DNA of 64,000 nt, from the NCBI GenBank assembly GCA_016933575.1, contig JAFGAR010000151.1, forward strand, positions 64,001 to 128,000, written 5' to 3'. This DNA is from Candidatus Thorarchaeota archaeon (GTDB lineage: Archaea > Asgardarchaeota > Thorarchaeia > Thorarchaeales > Thorarchaeaceae). The notes under the pieces were generated by a model. The model did not search any database, was not told the origin of the DNA, and saw only the letters and a program-made list of their open reading frames with translations. Positions 48,947-59,228 of this stretch are shown piece after piece. Numbering within the stretch: position 1 is the stretch's first letter; the number at the start of each line of letters is the position of its first letter. The position numbers and the translations under genes are program-made.

Positions 48947-49633
48947 ATGAGCCCTTCAAGGTCAATTAGATTTGAAACAGGTCCTTCTGGAACAAGCATC
49001 ACAGTGGTTGCGATCACAGAACTAAAACTTGGGAAATCATCCGCTGATTTTGAAAAGTATGAACAAGAGATGTTCGAGGAGATACGATTGCGGAACGATT
49101 TAGAAGATCTCAGTAGTGATTCGTTGCTTCTCTCATATCGCGCAATGCATTGGACGTATGGAATTGATCCGACAAAAAAACGGGGCTCGAGCGAAGCAGT
49201 CTTACGGAGAGTTCTTCAAGGCGAAAATCTTTGGCGTATCTCAGACCTTGTAGATATTGTGAATCTCTCATCAGCCTATCACAAGATTCCAATAGGATTG
49301 ATTGATGAAGCAAAAATTAACGGTCAATTAACTCTTAGGCAAGCCAAGAAAGGAGAACTCTTTCATCGTATCGGTGGTGACACTATCAAATGTCGAGGAC
49401 GAGAGATTGTTCTTGCTGACGATAGTGGAATCGTCTGTTATGGATATGCCATTCATGACTCTGATCGTACCAAGGTTACAAAAGAGAGTACGACTGTATT
49501 GATGCTTCACTATGGTGCTTCTGCTGCCACAAAGGAAATCATCTCAGATGCAACAGATTTCACATCCCATCTAATCAAACGATGGGTGGACTGTGAAGTG
49601 TCTGAACCAATAAGGTATGTATCTCCAAATTAG
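48947..49633 (+). CDS. B3/B4 (PheRS-beta editing-like) domain protein
   Basis: YR....GIDPTK.R.SSEA.LRR, VDIVNL.S, IVLADD. Confidence 0.85.
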   Translation: MSPSRSIRFETGPSGTSITVVAITELKLGKSSADFEKYEQEMFEEIRLRNDLEDLSSDSLLLSYRAMHWTYGIDPTKKRGSSEAVLRRVLQGENLWRISDLVDIVNLSSAYHKIPIGLIDEAKINGQLTLRQAKKGELFHRIGGDTIKCRGREIVLADDSGIVCYGYAIHDSDRTKVTKESTTVLMLHYGASAATKEIISDATDFTSHLIKRWVDCEVSEPIRYVSPN

Positions 49634-51600
49634 AATTCGAGGAATGGTTCACCCAACACGATACGTTCTAAGAAGTTGTTTCTATTCGCTTTCTTTACAA
49701 GCTGCTCGAATCTCATTCTTAGTCTCTCCTCATCAATATAATCTGGTTCTTTCACGCCCATACTATCAATGACTTTCTGCAACATATAATTGAAGTCATA
49801 AATCAGATAGTCTTCCTTCTTTGTTCCTCCTCTCTTCTTGATCTCCCGTTTTTCTTTTCTTGCGAGACCCTGTTTTAGTGCCACACGTGTTTCTGTAAGA
49901 TAGAATGACATGGACTTCTCATAATGGAGGTCTCCTCGTTTTACCAGTTCCCTTAGGAATTCAAGACCAAAGGTTGTCTTTGCAATAGCTTCGATTCTAG
50001 CAATGAATGCGTTGATTAGATCATCATAGGAAACGCTTCCTGCTTGTCCGCGTGTATCAAAGACTTTGTCGGTATCTGATGCTGATTTGAACTTCTTTTT
50101 CTTTTCCTGTAATAGGCGTTCTTGTTCTAAACGCGCAGCTTCTTCAGCTTTGGCTTGTTCCTTCTCAGCCTTTAGCCGTTCTGCTTCTTTCCTTGCAGCC
50201 TCTTGAGTCTTGTATTTCTCTCGCTCTGCTGCTTCCATCTCAGCTAGCTTGCGTTGTTCTTGCGCAAGTCGTTCCTCTTCAAGCTTCTTTAAGATCTTAG
50301 CCTGTTCTGCTACAAGTTTTTGCATGTGCATCTGAACATCTTTTTCTGTAAGGGTCACATGATTGGTCAAGAGCCATCGAACCCCGATATGATTGACCTT
50401 TGGTTTGAGATCTGCAGATGAGAAGATGAAATTCGCTGTCTGTTGGCCTGGAAGTTGAGTGATAATCTCCTCGGATTCTTTCTCGCCAGCGATTGGTTCT
50501 AGGATTCGCTCAAGAACCTTCAGCGATTGCTCACTGCTAATCCGACCCGCTGATATTGTGTTGAATTGTTCGAAGGCCTTGTAGTCAATATCTTTCGGGC
50601 TCTGAGTGGCGATAAGACATTCAACACCATATTTCCTTGCTTGTCTAAATAATAATAGAAAAGTTTCCTTTGGCCCTGGTGATAACATACCCGCAGGAAT
50701 GAACGGTGCTGCCTCATCCTGAAATATCATCATTCGAGGTCTCTCTGTGAAACCTTGCCTGAGCATCCATGAATAGAGTTGATTCAGGACTATTGAGATA
50801 AAGAAATGTTTCTCTTCCTCGCTACGAAGGGTCTTCAAAAAGATTACATTGATTGGTGTTTTGCCATTTACTGGTTTAGTGAGTTCATCAAAGTTGATTT
50901 CGCCCTCTTCTTTGAATAGGAGTTGGGATGACCCGACGGTTAGACTTCGAATGCGAGTTGCTAGAGTCTGTCGTTCTGAAAACTTCATGAATGGTTCTAG
51001 GTCAACGCCTATCTCTTCTGGATCAGCAATCAACATATCTGCAAGTTCTGCGAGTCCTTTGATCTCTGTTTTTTCATTCTCCCAGATTGTTCTTAACAGT
51101 TCGTAGATTGCAGCAAAAGCTTTGCCTTCCCAAGATCGTGATAATCCCGAGACCTTCATCAATACTTTGACAAGGGTTCGTGCGGAATTATCTAGTAGCC
51201 TTATGATATCATCTTGGTCAGCTTTCCTATCTGGCAATTTTAATGGGTTAATCGAAATGGCAAGACCTTTGCTACTAGCTGGCGTATAGACTCTAACAAT
51301 CACTTTATCCATATATTCCTTCAACCGCTCAGGCGCTACTCCCTTTGATGATAGTTCCTTAGGGTCTCCTGGTAGCATGAGTGATGCAATGTCGCCCTGT
51401 GGATCAAATGCCAGAATGGGTATTCCTTCCATTGCGGCTTCTTCTAGAATGCATTTTGAAAGTACAGTCTTTCCTGATCCTGTGGATCCAAAGACTCCAC
51501 CATGGCGTCTTAAGAGATCTATACTAATCTCAAATTTTTCATCTGTTCGATTACCTTGTTCATCAAGCCTGAAGCCAAGCCAGAGTTTACCGTCTCCCAT
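49630..51600 (-). CDS. HerA/FtsK-superfamily ATPase (DUF87/DUF853-like) with a charged helical tail
   Basis: RHGGVFGSTGSGKT, FDPQGD, IFQDEA, RQARKYGV..LIATQSP; E/K/R-rich segment; probable start ATG 51600. Confidence 0.88.
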   Translation of the reverse strand: MGDGKLWLGFRLDEQGNRTDEKFEISIDLLRRHGGVFGSTGSGKTVLSKCILEEAAMEGIPILAFDPQGDIASLMLPGDPKELSSKGVAPERLKEYMDKVIVRVYTPASSKGLAISINPLKLPDRKADQDDIIRLLDNSARTLVKVLMKVSGLSRSWEGKAFAAIYELLRTIWENEKTEIKGLAELADMLIADPEEIGVDLEPFMKFSERQTLATRIRSLTVGSSQLLFKEEGEINFDELTKPVNGKTPINVIFLKTLRSEEEKHFFISIVLNQLYSWMLRQGFTERPRMMIFQDEAAPFIPAGMLSPGPKETFLLLFRQARKYGVECLIATQSPKDIDYKAFEQFNTISAGRISSEQSLKVLERILEPIAGEKESEEIITQLPGQQTANFIFSSADLKPKVNHIGVRWLLTNHVTLTEKDVQMHMQKLVAEQAKILKKLEEERLAQEQRKLAEMEAAEREKYKTQEAARKEAERLKAEKEQAKAEEAARLEQERLLQEKKKKFKSASDTDKVFDTRGQAGSVSYDDLINAFIARIEAIAKTTFGLEFLRELVKRGDLHYEKSMSFYLTETRVALKQGLARKEKREIKKRGGTKKEDYLIYDFNYMLQKVIDSMGVKEPDYIDEERLRMRFEQLVKKANRNNFLERIVLGEPFLEF

Positions 51601-51669
51601 GTCTAACACCAGATATTGGTCTATCTAACTCTGAGTTTTAAGAGCCTTTCCACTGTATATACAATTCGT

Positions 51670-51710
51670 AGAAAAATGAAAATGATGGATGGAGCTGACT
51701 CCATCCATTA
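51670..51710 (-). terminator. Hairpin plus U-tract on the minus strand
   Basis: ATGGATGGAG(51685-51694)/CTCCATCCAT(51699-51708); A-rich on the + strand to the left. Confidence 0.6.
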
Positions 51711-51719
51711 ATTTAGAGA

Positions 51720-52331
51720 TTATTCACCCACCGGCTCGTAGCGATATCCCAGAAACACCACAATGAAAGATACGAGAGCTACAGCAAATACCATTAGAAC
51801 ACCAGCAGCCAAGCTGTACTCAAGACTGTCTTTGACAACACTCATCAAGAGATATGCTCCCGCCAAGACTACTCCCAATAATAGTGAGATCAGCATAAAT
51901 CTGGATGTCATCTCTTTTACCTTTCCAGTTTCTGCATCTTGTGAGATTCTACTTCCGAAAAACATAAAGATAAACAAGAAGACATATGCTATCACAATCA
52001 TGGTGCCCATATCAAATAGGTACCCCTGCATCACTACATCTACACCTGTCAAAAGTCCGTATACAAGAAGCGTTGCCAGAGCATGAATATACACGAGCAT
52101 ATTCGATATCATCTTGTCATCGGGATGAACAAACCCAGTTATCTCAGTGAACGTGTTTACTACGCTTATTGCCAACACCACTACTAGAAATCCTAAAGCT
52201 ATAAGCCAGATGTATAGTGGATAAAGTACTTGATCTGGTTGAGTTGCAATTGCTTTTACCACTACAGTAAAAGCCAGTGATGCCAATCCCAGTCCTGAAA
52301 GGAAGTTACCGATTGTTGTTAACCTAACCAT
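51720..52331 (-). CDS. Membrane protein (6 TM)
   Basis: Six hydrophobic helices; SD GGGGAG. Confidence 0.75.
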   Translation of the reverse strand: MVRLTTIGNFLSGLGLASLAFTVVVKAIATQPDQVLYPLYIWLIALGFLVVVLAISVVNTFTEITGFVHPDDKMISNMLVYIHALATLLVYGLLTGVDVVMQGYLFDMGTMIVIAYVFLFIFMFFGSRISQDAETGKVKEMTSRFMLISLLLGVVLAGAYLLMSVVKDSLEYSLAAGVLMVFAVALVSFIVVFLGYRYEPVGE

Positions 52332-52462
52332 AAGTATCTCTCCCCTACGGTAGAGTTTCTTAAAGCATCCATGCCTTTGTTTCTATTAACTCTTTGCAAT
52401 ATTAGGCATATATTGCACTTTCTAGATTTTTGATGGAATGGTTTGACACAAACTGCATGGAA

Positions 52463-53695
52463 TCATGAAATCTCTTCAGAAGTCTGTTTTGCCTTTGAGG
52501 GCGCCAATTCTTCTAGGAAATAAGTACCAATACATGCGATAGCAATTAACGCTGCAACAAGTAATGCTAATCCGGGAAATAGCCCTCCAACAGAATATGC
52601 ATACTCAGCTGATAATGGTCCAATAATCATTCCTGAACCAAAGAAGATGGAATATACTCCCATTGTACTTCCCCGCGACTCTGCACTTGAGATGTCTGTT
52701 AGATACGCCATAGCTGCTGGTGGGAATGATCCAGCAATAAATCCAAGAATTGGAAGTAACGGCCATAGGCCTGATGTCCATAATGTATCGAAGGTCTCTG
52801 CATTTGCCACTAGCATGTAGGCAAGAGCACCAAATCCAATGAGACCAAAGACAATGAATGGCCTTCTTTTCATCGTGTGGTCTGAGAGATGCCCCATAAC
52901 AATGATACCAAGAACTAGAGACACACCAAGCAGTCCAAAGAGGACAATCATGTCTGTGGCTGTGATATCGAAGTAGGACTCAATGATATATTTAGTCTTG
53001 GAAATGACCAATCCGTACAATGAGATTATTGGAATATAGACTGGAAGCATCATTTGTATGTGTTTGTCTCGAGCAACTTCTCGAAGTAGTCCAAGTACAC
53101 TGACCTCCTCGTGATGCACGACCCGAGTTTCCTTAATCAATAAAATAGTCAGAACTCCTGATAGTGCACATGCTCCTGCAGCTGCAAAGAGTAGCAGTGA
53201 TGGTGCTAATCCAAATTCCAATAGAATGATTCCTAAGCCAAAGCCTCCTGCAAGCCCCATCAACGTAGAAAGATCATAATAGCCCATCAGTCGAGCTCTA
53301 TTTTCCTCAGAGGAACAATCAGCAATCATGGAGAGTGTTGTTGTGACTTTTGAAGCTGCACCAATTCCAAAAAGCCCGGCCAAGATGTAAGCAACTATTT
53401 CAATTGTGGCTATTCCAAAAAGAAATGCAGCTAAACCAGTAATAAAAAGGCTTGCAGCAAGAATTGGTTTTCTGCCAATCTTGTCGCTATAAGAGCCAAA
53501 GAAAGAAACAGTACTTAGTTCTGCTATTGGGTATATTGCAAGTACGATTGCAACTCCCCAACCAACGAGTGCTCCTCCCATGTATAAATTACTTGAAATT
53601 ACCGCAATTGTAACATAGAATGATGCTCTCATTATGAGAGTAACAAGATATAGCATAATTAGAGTAAGTGCATGACCTGATTTTCTAAGTCCCAT
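52463..53695 (-). CDS. MFS transporter
   Basis: Motif A GSYSDKIGRK; GHLSDHTMKRR; 12 TM. Confidence 0.9.
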   Translation of the reverse strand: MGLRKSGHALTLIMLYLVTLIMRASFYVTIAVISSNLYMGGALVGWGVAIVLAIYPIAELSTVSFFGSYSDKIGRKPILAASLFITGLAAFLFGIATIEIVAYILAGLFGIGAASKVTTTLSMIADCSSEENRARLMGYYDLSTLMGLAGGFGLGIILLEFGLAPSLLLFAAAGACALSGVLTILLIKETRVVHHEEVSVLGLLREVARDKHIQMMLPVYIPIISLYGLVISKTKYIIESYFDITATDMIVLFGLLGVSLVLGIIVMGHLSDHTMKRRPFIVFGLIGFGALAYMLVANAETFDTLWTSGLWPLLPILGFIAGSFPPAAMAYLTDISSAESRGSTMGVYSIFFGSGMIIGPLSAEYAYSVGGLFPGLALLVAALIAIACIGTYFLEELAPSKAKQTSEEIS

Positions 53696-53769
53696 CAGTT
53701 TTCTCTCCAGACTCTTTACTTCGCCCGTGCATTAGCGTTTATAAGCTATGTAGGTACATTCTTTCAACT

Positions 53770-54132
53770 ATGGTAACCGGTAAAATCCCTGGAGAAATTG
53801 GTGCAACAGAATATGTGTATCTCACACTCTATCGGTTAAAGACATTATCTGATGATGAAAAGCATCAGTGGTTCAAATCGTGGCAGAAAATTCGGCATAA
53901 CCTTCCAAATGGAATTAAAATCATTACCGAAGCAACGAGTGCATTTGGAACTGAATTCACTGGATTTACAGTCTATGAAGGACCTTTAGATCGGTTTGAA
54001 GAGTTAGAGAAAATCCTTGAAGATGCTTCTTTTGGATTTGTGGAAAGGTCTCAAACTATTATTGGGACTCGGGGTTTCTCACTACCAGTAGCGGATTTCC
54101 AGAAAATCCTTGAAGGCCGTCCTGTGGACTGA
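53770..54132 (+). CDS. Hypothetical protein (small alpha/beta, possibly dimeric-barrel/GYD-like)
   Basis: 120-aa ORF; TATA-like TTTATAA at about 53738. Confidence 0.6.
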   Translation: MVTGKIPGEIGATEYVYLTLYRLKTLSDDEKHQWFKSWQKIRHNLPNGIKIITEATSAFGTEFTGFTVYEGPLDRFEELEKILEDASFGFVERSQTIIGTRGFSLPVADFQKILEGRPVD

Positions 54133-54211
54133 TAGAGATTTTGCCGCAGAGAACTGCTTTTTAGAGCGAATAGTCCGGCTTGAACTTAGGAATTATTGTG
54201 GATGGTTCGTA

Positions 54212-55975
54212 ATGACATTCAAAGCTTCACGTAGAACAATTGTGATCATTATAGTAACCATCATAGTGGGTTTTGTCCTTTACAATCTAGCTCCTCCTGA
54301 AATCGATGCTGGTAAGTATAATGCATCTTTGACCATACGGTCGGAAGGAATTGACGTTGAGCAAGCATTCAATATAACTCTAGTAAAGACCGGAACAACG
54401 AGTCAGGTCACCTATATTCTCAATGGATCAGCTACCTTTGTTCGGTTTACCATTCCCACAGTGAAAGTGATTGGCACTGATAATCCTCTACGATTCATCA
54501 TTAATGCAACTGGCGATCCGTTACTTGCAGATCAAATTCATCTGGTCTTGACTAATGATGAAGGATTCAATGTGTCACTTCGACCAACTCGTCAAGTTGG
54601 TCAAGTGTTTACTATCGACTATCAGCCACTTGTCAATTCACAAGCTTCTGTAATGATTCTTGGAGTTGTCGCAATTCTTTGGTTCACTGAAGGCATTAGC
54701 TTAGTTGCAACATCCCTCTTAATTCCTATACTCATTGTCCTTACAAATATTAGAACTCCTGGTGATGCTCTTGCACCATTCTTTGATCCATCTGTAGTTC
54801 TAATTTTAGGCGGATTTTTAATTGGACGAGCGCTCACAAAATATGAATTGGATAAACGATTAGCTCTTCTCATCTTATCAAGAAGTAATGGATCTGGTGG
54901 GGCACTAATCATTACAGTAATGGGAGTAACAGCTTTTCTCTCTATGTGGATAAGTAATACAGCATCAGCTGCGATAATGATTCCCATTGCCTTGGCTGTA
55001 ATCAGTCGAATACAAAATTCGGAGATTCGTACAAAATATGGAAAAGCTCTTGTTCTTGGCGTTGCTTATGCTGCAACCCTTGGTGGTGTAGCAAGTCTTG
55101 TTGGTTCTCCTCCAAATCCGCTTGCTGCAAGTTACATCAATTCGTTCTTGGGAAAGGAATTCTCCTTTGCGAGTTGGATTCCATTTGGCCTTCCGATTGT
55201 CCTGATTATGTTACCTCTGATATGGCAATGGATTATGTTCAGATTTAAGATACCTAAGGATATAGATGAGATGGATGACCTGAAACAGATTTCAATCAAA
55301 GAGTATTTGCGTTTGGGCCCGATGTCCACAGAACAGAAATTTGTCATTCTGATTTTTGTTAGCGTGATCATTCTCTGGTTCACTGAAACACTCCCTGACT
55401 TTATTGCCAATGCAATCGGATGGAGTGGTCATGGAATCCATAGCGCGATAATCTCTTTGATTGGAGGGCTTGCACTAATGATTCTTCGACTACTGGATGA
55501 AAAGGATATTTCATCTCATATCAGTTGGTCATCACTTCTAATCCTTGGCAGTGGGATTGCTTTAGGTGGAGCGATGATTGATACTGGCTTGTCTGCCTTC
55601 ATCGCTCAACAGATGGTTGGACTTGGAATCTTTCCATCCTTTTTGGTGATTATCATTATTGGTTCTGTCGGTGTTCTTGTTACCATGGTAGCATCAAATA
55701 CTGGTGCAGCTGTCATTCTTATTCCAATAGCTATTCCCTTGGCAATAGGGTTGGGAATAGATCCATTATTGATTACAATGGTCATAGCAATTGCAGTTTC
55801 AATGGACTTTGCATTACCCACGGGTACACCTCCCTCTACAATCGCTTATAGCACTGGCAAGCTTGAGATACGTGAAATGATATCTACAGGTCTCGTCGTG
55901 GATTTCATTGCTATTATCGTTGTCACCGTGATTGCTGTTTGGTTATGGGCTTTCCTAGGGCTCATTGTTCTATAG
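54212..55975 (+). CDS. SLC13/DASS family sodium-coupled anion symporter with extra N-terminal extracellular domain
   Basis: SMWISNTAS, LVGSPPN, ASNTG, ALPTGTPP; probable start ATG 54212. Confidence 0.9.
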   Translation: MTFKASRRTIVIIIVTIIVGFVLYNLAPPEIDAGKYNASLTIRSEGIDVEQAFNITLVKTGTTSQVTYILNGSATFVRFTIPTVKVIGTDNPLRFIINATGDPLLADQIHLVLTNDEGFNVSLRPTRQVGQVFTIDYQPLVNSQASVMILGVVAILWFTEGISLVATSLLIPILIVLTNIRTPGDALAPFFDPSVVLILGGFLIGRALTKYELDKRLALLILSRSNGSGGALIITVMGVTAFLSMWISNTASAAIMIPIALAVISRIQNSEIRTKYGKALVLGVAYAATLGGVASLVGSPPNPLAASYINSFLGKEFSFASWIPFGLPIVLIMLPLIWQWIMFRFKIPKDIDEMDDLKQISIKEYLRLGPMSTEQKFVILIFVSVIILWFTETLPDFIANAIGWSGHGIHSAIISLIGGLALMILRLLDEKDISSHISWSSLLILGSGIALGGAMIDTGLSAFIAQQMVGLGIFPSFLVIIIIGSVGVLVTMVASNTGAAVILIPIAIPLAIGLGIDPLLITMVIAIAVSMDFALPTGTPPSTIAYSTGKLEIREMISTGLVVDFIAIIVVTVIAVWLWAFLGLIVL

Positions 55976-56028
55976 TCTACTAGTACAGCTATGCATATCA
56001 CGAAGGGTTTAAATCGAACAATCATAGG

Positions 56029-56820
56029 ATGCACTCTGAGGTTACTAGGGTGAGCTGGATTGCCAAGATAGTATCGGGAACTCCGGATGAATTTGTTCAT
56101 GCTAAGCTCATGAAATATGGTATTGGATCACATCCTGGTCCAAGAGCACGCATATCTCTGAGTAAGCCTACAATCAAATTCAAGGCAGACATAGACCAAG
56201 AAAAGATGTTCATCAAAGGTTACACCTTAAACGCCCCTGAAGGCACGCACAAGGTCAAGGGGATGATTATTACATATAGCGATAGAACAAATGAATTTGG
56301 TAAATTGACAATGCCTATCTCTTGGTCGAAATCCAAGGGAAAGGGTGCACCTGTCTTCAAGGCAAAGATTGACGAGTCTGCTCCACTGAAAGACATTAAA
56401 GCATTAATAGAAGTTGACGATCCAACCACATTCTACCTATTTTCCTTGAATCCAAAAGGCGGAGCAAAGCCTTGGAAAATAGCCACAAAGACCTCTTTCC
56501 CCAAAGGCGGACCTGCTGAGGAAGATGAAGAAACAGAAGGAAAAGATCCAGTGTTTTCGAAAGGCGCATTAGCCAATACGCCAGAAACCCTCGAATTCAT
56601 ACTTGATAACTATCTCCCTGATCTTAAGAACAAAATCAGTTCCAAGACTAAGGACATATGGATTCGTAATAATTTCGAAATTACAGATATTGTCATTCCA
56701 ACTGATTCAAACCTTTCCTTTTCAGAGAAGCGACGGTTAGCAAAGAAACGAGGAAAACTAATCCGCAATGTGAGTATCGATGGTGAGGACTTCACTACGG
56801 AATTTGATTTCTTTGCTTGA
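56029..56820 (+). CDS. Conserved archaeal hypothetical protein (basic)
   Basis: 263-aa ORF; possible true start GTG 56050 after SD GAGGT. Confidence 0.7.
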   Translation: MHSEVTRVSWIAKIVSGTPDEFVHAKLMKYGIGSHPGPRARISLSKPTIKFKADIDQEKMFIKGYTLNAPEGTHKVKGMIITYSDRTNEFGKLTMPISWSKSKGKGAPVFKAKIDESAPLKDIKALIEVDDPTTFYLFSLNPKGGAKPWKIATKTSFPKGGPAEEDEETEGKDPVFSKGALANTPETLEFILDNYLPDLKNKISSKTKDIWIRNNFEITDIVIPTDSNLSFSEKRRLAKKRGKLIRNVSIDGEDFTTEFDFFA

Positions 56821-56886
56821 TTGCATGACCGTGACGTTTAAATTCGTAATAAAGACGGCCCCAATAGAAACAGAGTGGTGAACTAA

Positions 56887-57087
56887 ATGCTCCAAAGTCT
56901 CGAAAGCAATTTCCTCTTGATATCAATACTTTTCTTATTCTTCGGTCTATTTGCCATGGCCTGGCTAGTTATTCATATTGAGCATGGGCGTCACTTCTCA
57001 AAATTAAAGGTAGTATCAGCCTTGGGTCTAGGTGCCATTCTCTTGGGCTTTGGTATACACTTTCTCTTACTCTCCGCTGGAATGTGA
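56887..57087 (+). CDS. Small 2-TM membrane protein
   Basis: SD GGTGA; two hydrophobic helices. Confidence 0.65.
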   Translation: MLQSLESNFLLISILFLFFGLFAMAWLVIHIEHGRHFSKLKVVSALGLGAILLGFGIHFLLLSAGM

Positions 57088-57216
57088 AACTATCTTTTTT
57101 CCTTATATTTGCAGAGACCTGCTATGCACGAATAACCATTATTTACTTACTGGGAGCTTTATGACTCGTTACTATCTAGAGGATATTATGCTTGATTTGG
57201 ATGCGAGGCTCTCTTA

Positions 57217-58407
57217 GTGATACCTGAAACTGATATTCAGAAATTGGCTATCGAAAGTCGTCAGAGATTGATTCAGGAATTCGCTGAGACTTATGCCAAT
57301 CTCAGAGAGAGAGTGCGTCGTGTTCCAGATAATGACGCTCTAAATGTTTCAAAGCAGTTATCTTGTCCATTGGAGGTGGCAATGGTTGCATACCTCATTA
57401 ATATGGATGGCATAATGGGTCTGCGTCAAGCAGTTGATTTGTTCACAACAGAGCTTGAACGTAGAGCCAATATTGGTGAAGATGTGCCTAATCTCCCTGG
57501 TAATGTTATGGAGTTTGCACTCATTGAAGGTCGTTGGATCTCTCATATCTATGGTCGTTTTGCTAGGCAGCTTGAACTTCACTCAAGGAGTCTATCAAAC
57601 CTAGAAGATGTTGTAGACTTCAATGATATCGAAGTGGAAAAAGCCCTATCAATAGTTGCTGAACGAACAAAATTGGCTGAAACCTACATCTTGCCCATTA
57701 TTGAGGAGTGGCAAAAAGAACACATCAAATCTACAAGTGCTGACATTATATCCTCCTTTGGTCCTGCAATAACCAAATGGAATCAGAAGACAATCAACGG
57801 TAAATTCAAACAAGTGATACGTAGAACCCAAGCTCACTTCAGGCTCATTCGAGAGGTTTTAACCAAATCATCTGACTCCTTCACCATTGATGCTTCAATA
57901 ACCCGATTGGATCGATTAATAGATGAACTAAATCAACCACTAGATTCCCTCACACTCCAAGCAGTGGCTCATTTTCTTGTTCATATAGTTCCTCGATCAA
58001 GTACGGGTCGGGGAGATCGATCGCCCTTTGTAGATGTAGGTGTCAGTTCCACTCGTGGAAATAAGGCAGAACCTGATCTCTCTTCTCCCTTTGATTTTCT
58101 TGAACGCGATGTAAAACTTGGAAAGAGAAGAACAGGGGAAGAACGCGAAACATACTTGAATGAACGAATAGGTCGGGTTATTCGAGTTTTAAAATATCAA
58201 GGCAATGATCTTGCTGATTGCATACAGAAATGTTTGAGTGAACTCAAGGATAGATTCGGGCTTGCGAACGTTTCAATAGAGGATTCATTTCAATCTGTGA
58301 GAACGCAATTAATAGAAGCGCCTGTTGCAGAGAGGGATCAATTGGCAAATCAACTTGTTCATGACTTTATTGACAAGCACATCTATTCGGAGGGTGCAAC
58401 TTTTTGA
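57217..58407 (+). CDS. Hypothetical alpha-helical protein
   Basis: 396-aa ORF overlapping the next gene (TTGA). Confidence 0.7.
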   Translation: MIPETDIQKLAIESRQRLIQEFAETYANLRERVRRVPDNDALNVSKQLSCPLEVAMVAYLINMDGIMGLRQAVDLFTTELERRANIGEDVPNLPGNVMEFALIEGRWISHIYGRFARQLELHSRSLSNLEDVVDFNDIEVEKALSIVAERTKLAETYILPIIEEWQKEHIKSTSADIISSFGPAITKWNQKTINGKFKQVIRRTQAHFRLIREVLTKSSDSFTIDASITRLDRLIDELNQPLDSLTLQAVAHFLVHIVPRSSTGRGDRSPFVDVGVSSTRGNKAEPDLSSPFDFLERDVKLGKRRTGEERETYLNERIGRVIRVLKYQGNDLADCIQKCLSELKDRFGLANVSIEDSFQSVRTQLIEAPVAERDQLANQLVHDFIDKHIYSEGATF

Positions 58408-59177
58408 TAGATAGAACTCCGCTATATTGGCTTATAGATATAGAGACCTATGATTTCACTCTTGGCGGTTTTAAGAATGCTGATTTATCAGGGAAGGCTC
58501 TGATACTCTCAACTCAACTCTGGTCTATCATTCGAGATACTGAAGTGTATTCAATTCTCATCGGTCCTGGAATATTCAAGGGTATAGCAAAAAAAGGAAA
58601 TATCCAGATCGATGTGCTTGAGTTTATCTCCTGTTTGATGTTTGATCCAACCCGGCTTAGATATGACGAACCTCTTCCACAAGTGGATATTGTCAGTCCC
58701 GAGGTCATCGATCCTCTTGGTTCTAAGAAACAAGAGGAGATTGTCACCCTGATACGCAACTTGGTAATTGAACGTGGAAACGTGCTTGCTGGCGATGCCC
58801 TTGCTAAGGTAAAAGCAGAAGCTGGTGTCCCACAGACTGCTCATTATGAAGAGATGTTCAAACGGATTAATGTCTCACACGTGTCTGGTGAACAACGGGC
58901 TAAATTTATTCTTGGAGGGACTTACGGATTTATCTTCAGACCATTTGTTGAGAACTATCCTAAACTAAAATTACAGAGGACTGAAAGAACAAAGGTCCTA
59001 GCCACTCCATTTTACAAATTCACTGGTTTCTCTGATATTGAAATTATGACTGATTGGATGATTGTAGAAAAAGCTGGCAGCGATTCCAAAACAGGTATGG
59101 AAGCAATATCTGCGGAATATGAGCAAACTCTTGAGATAATCGATAAGAACAAAGAGAAGATCATCTTCGAACTGTGA
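58404..59177 (+). CDS. Hypothetical protein
   Basis: 257-aa ORF; SD GGAGGGT before TTG. Confidence 0.7.
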   Translation: MIDRTPLYWLIDIETYDFTLGGFKNADLSGKALILSTQLWSIIRDTEVYSILIGPGIFKGIAKKGNIQIDVLEFISCLMFDPTRLRYDEPLPQVDIVSPEVIDPLGSKKQEEIVTLIRNLVIERGNVLAGDALAKVKAEAGVPQTAHYEEMFKRINVSHVSGEQRAKFILGGTYGFIFRPFVENYPKLKLQRTERTKVLATPFYKFTGFSDIEIMTDWMIVEKAGSDSKTGMEAISAEYEQTLEIIDKNKEKIIFEL

Positions 59178-59228
59178 AGACCGCAACTGTCTTTTATGGA
59201 TATGTTTCTGATTGGTTGAGGTTGCCAG

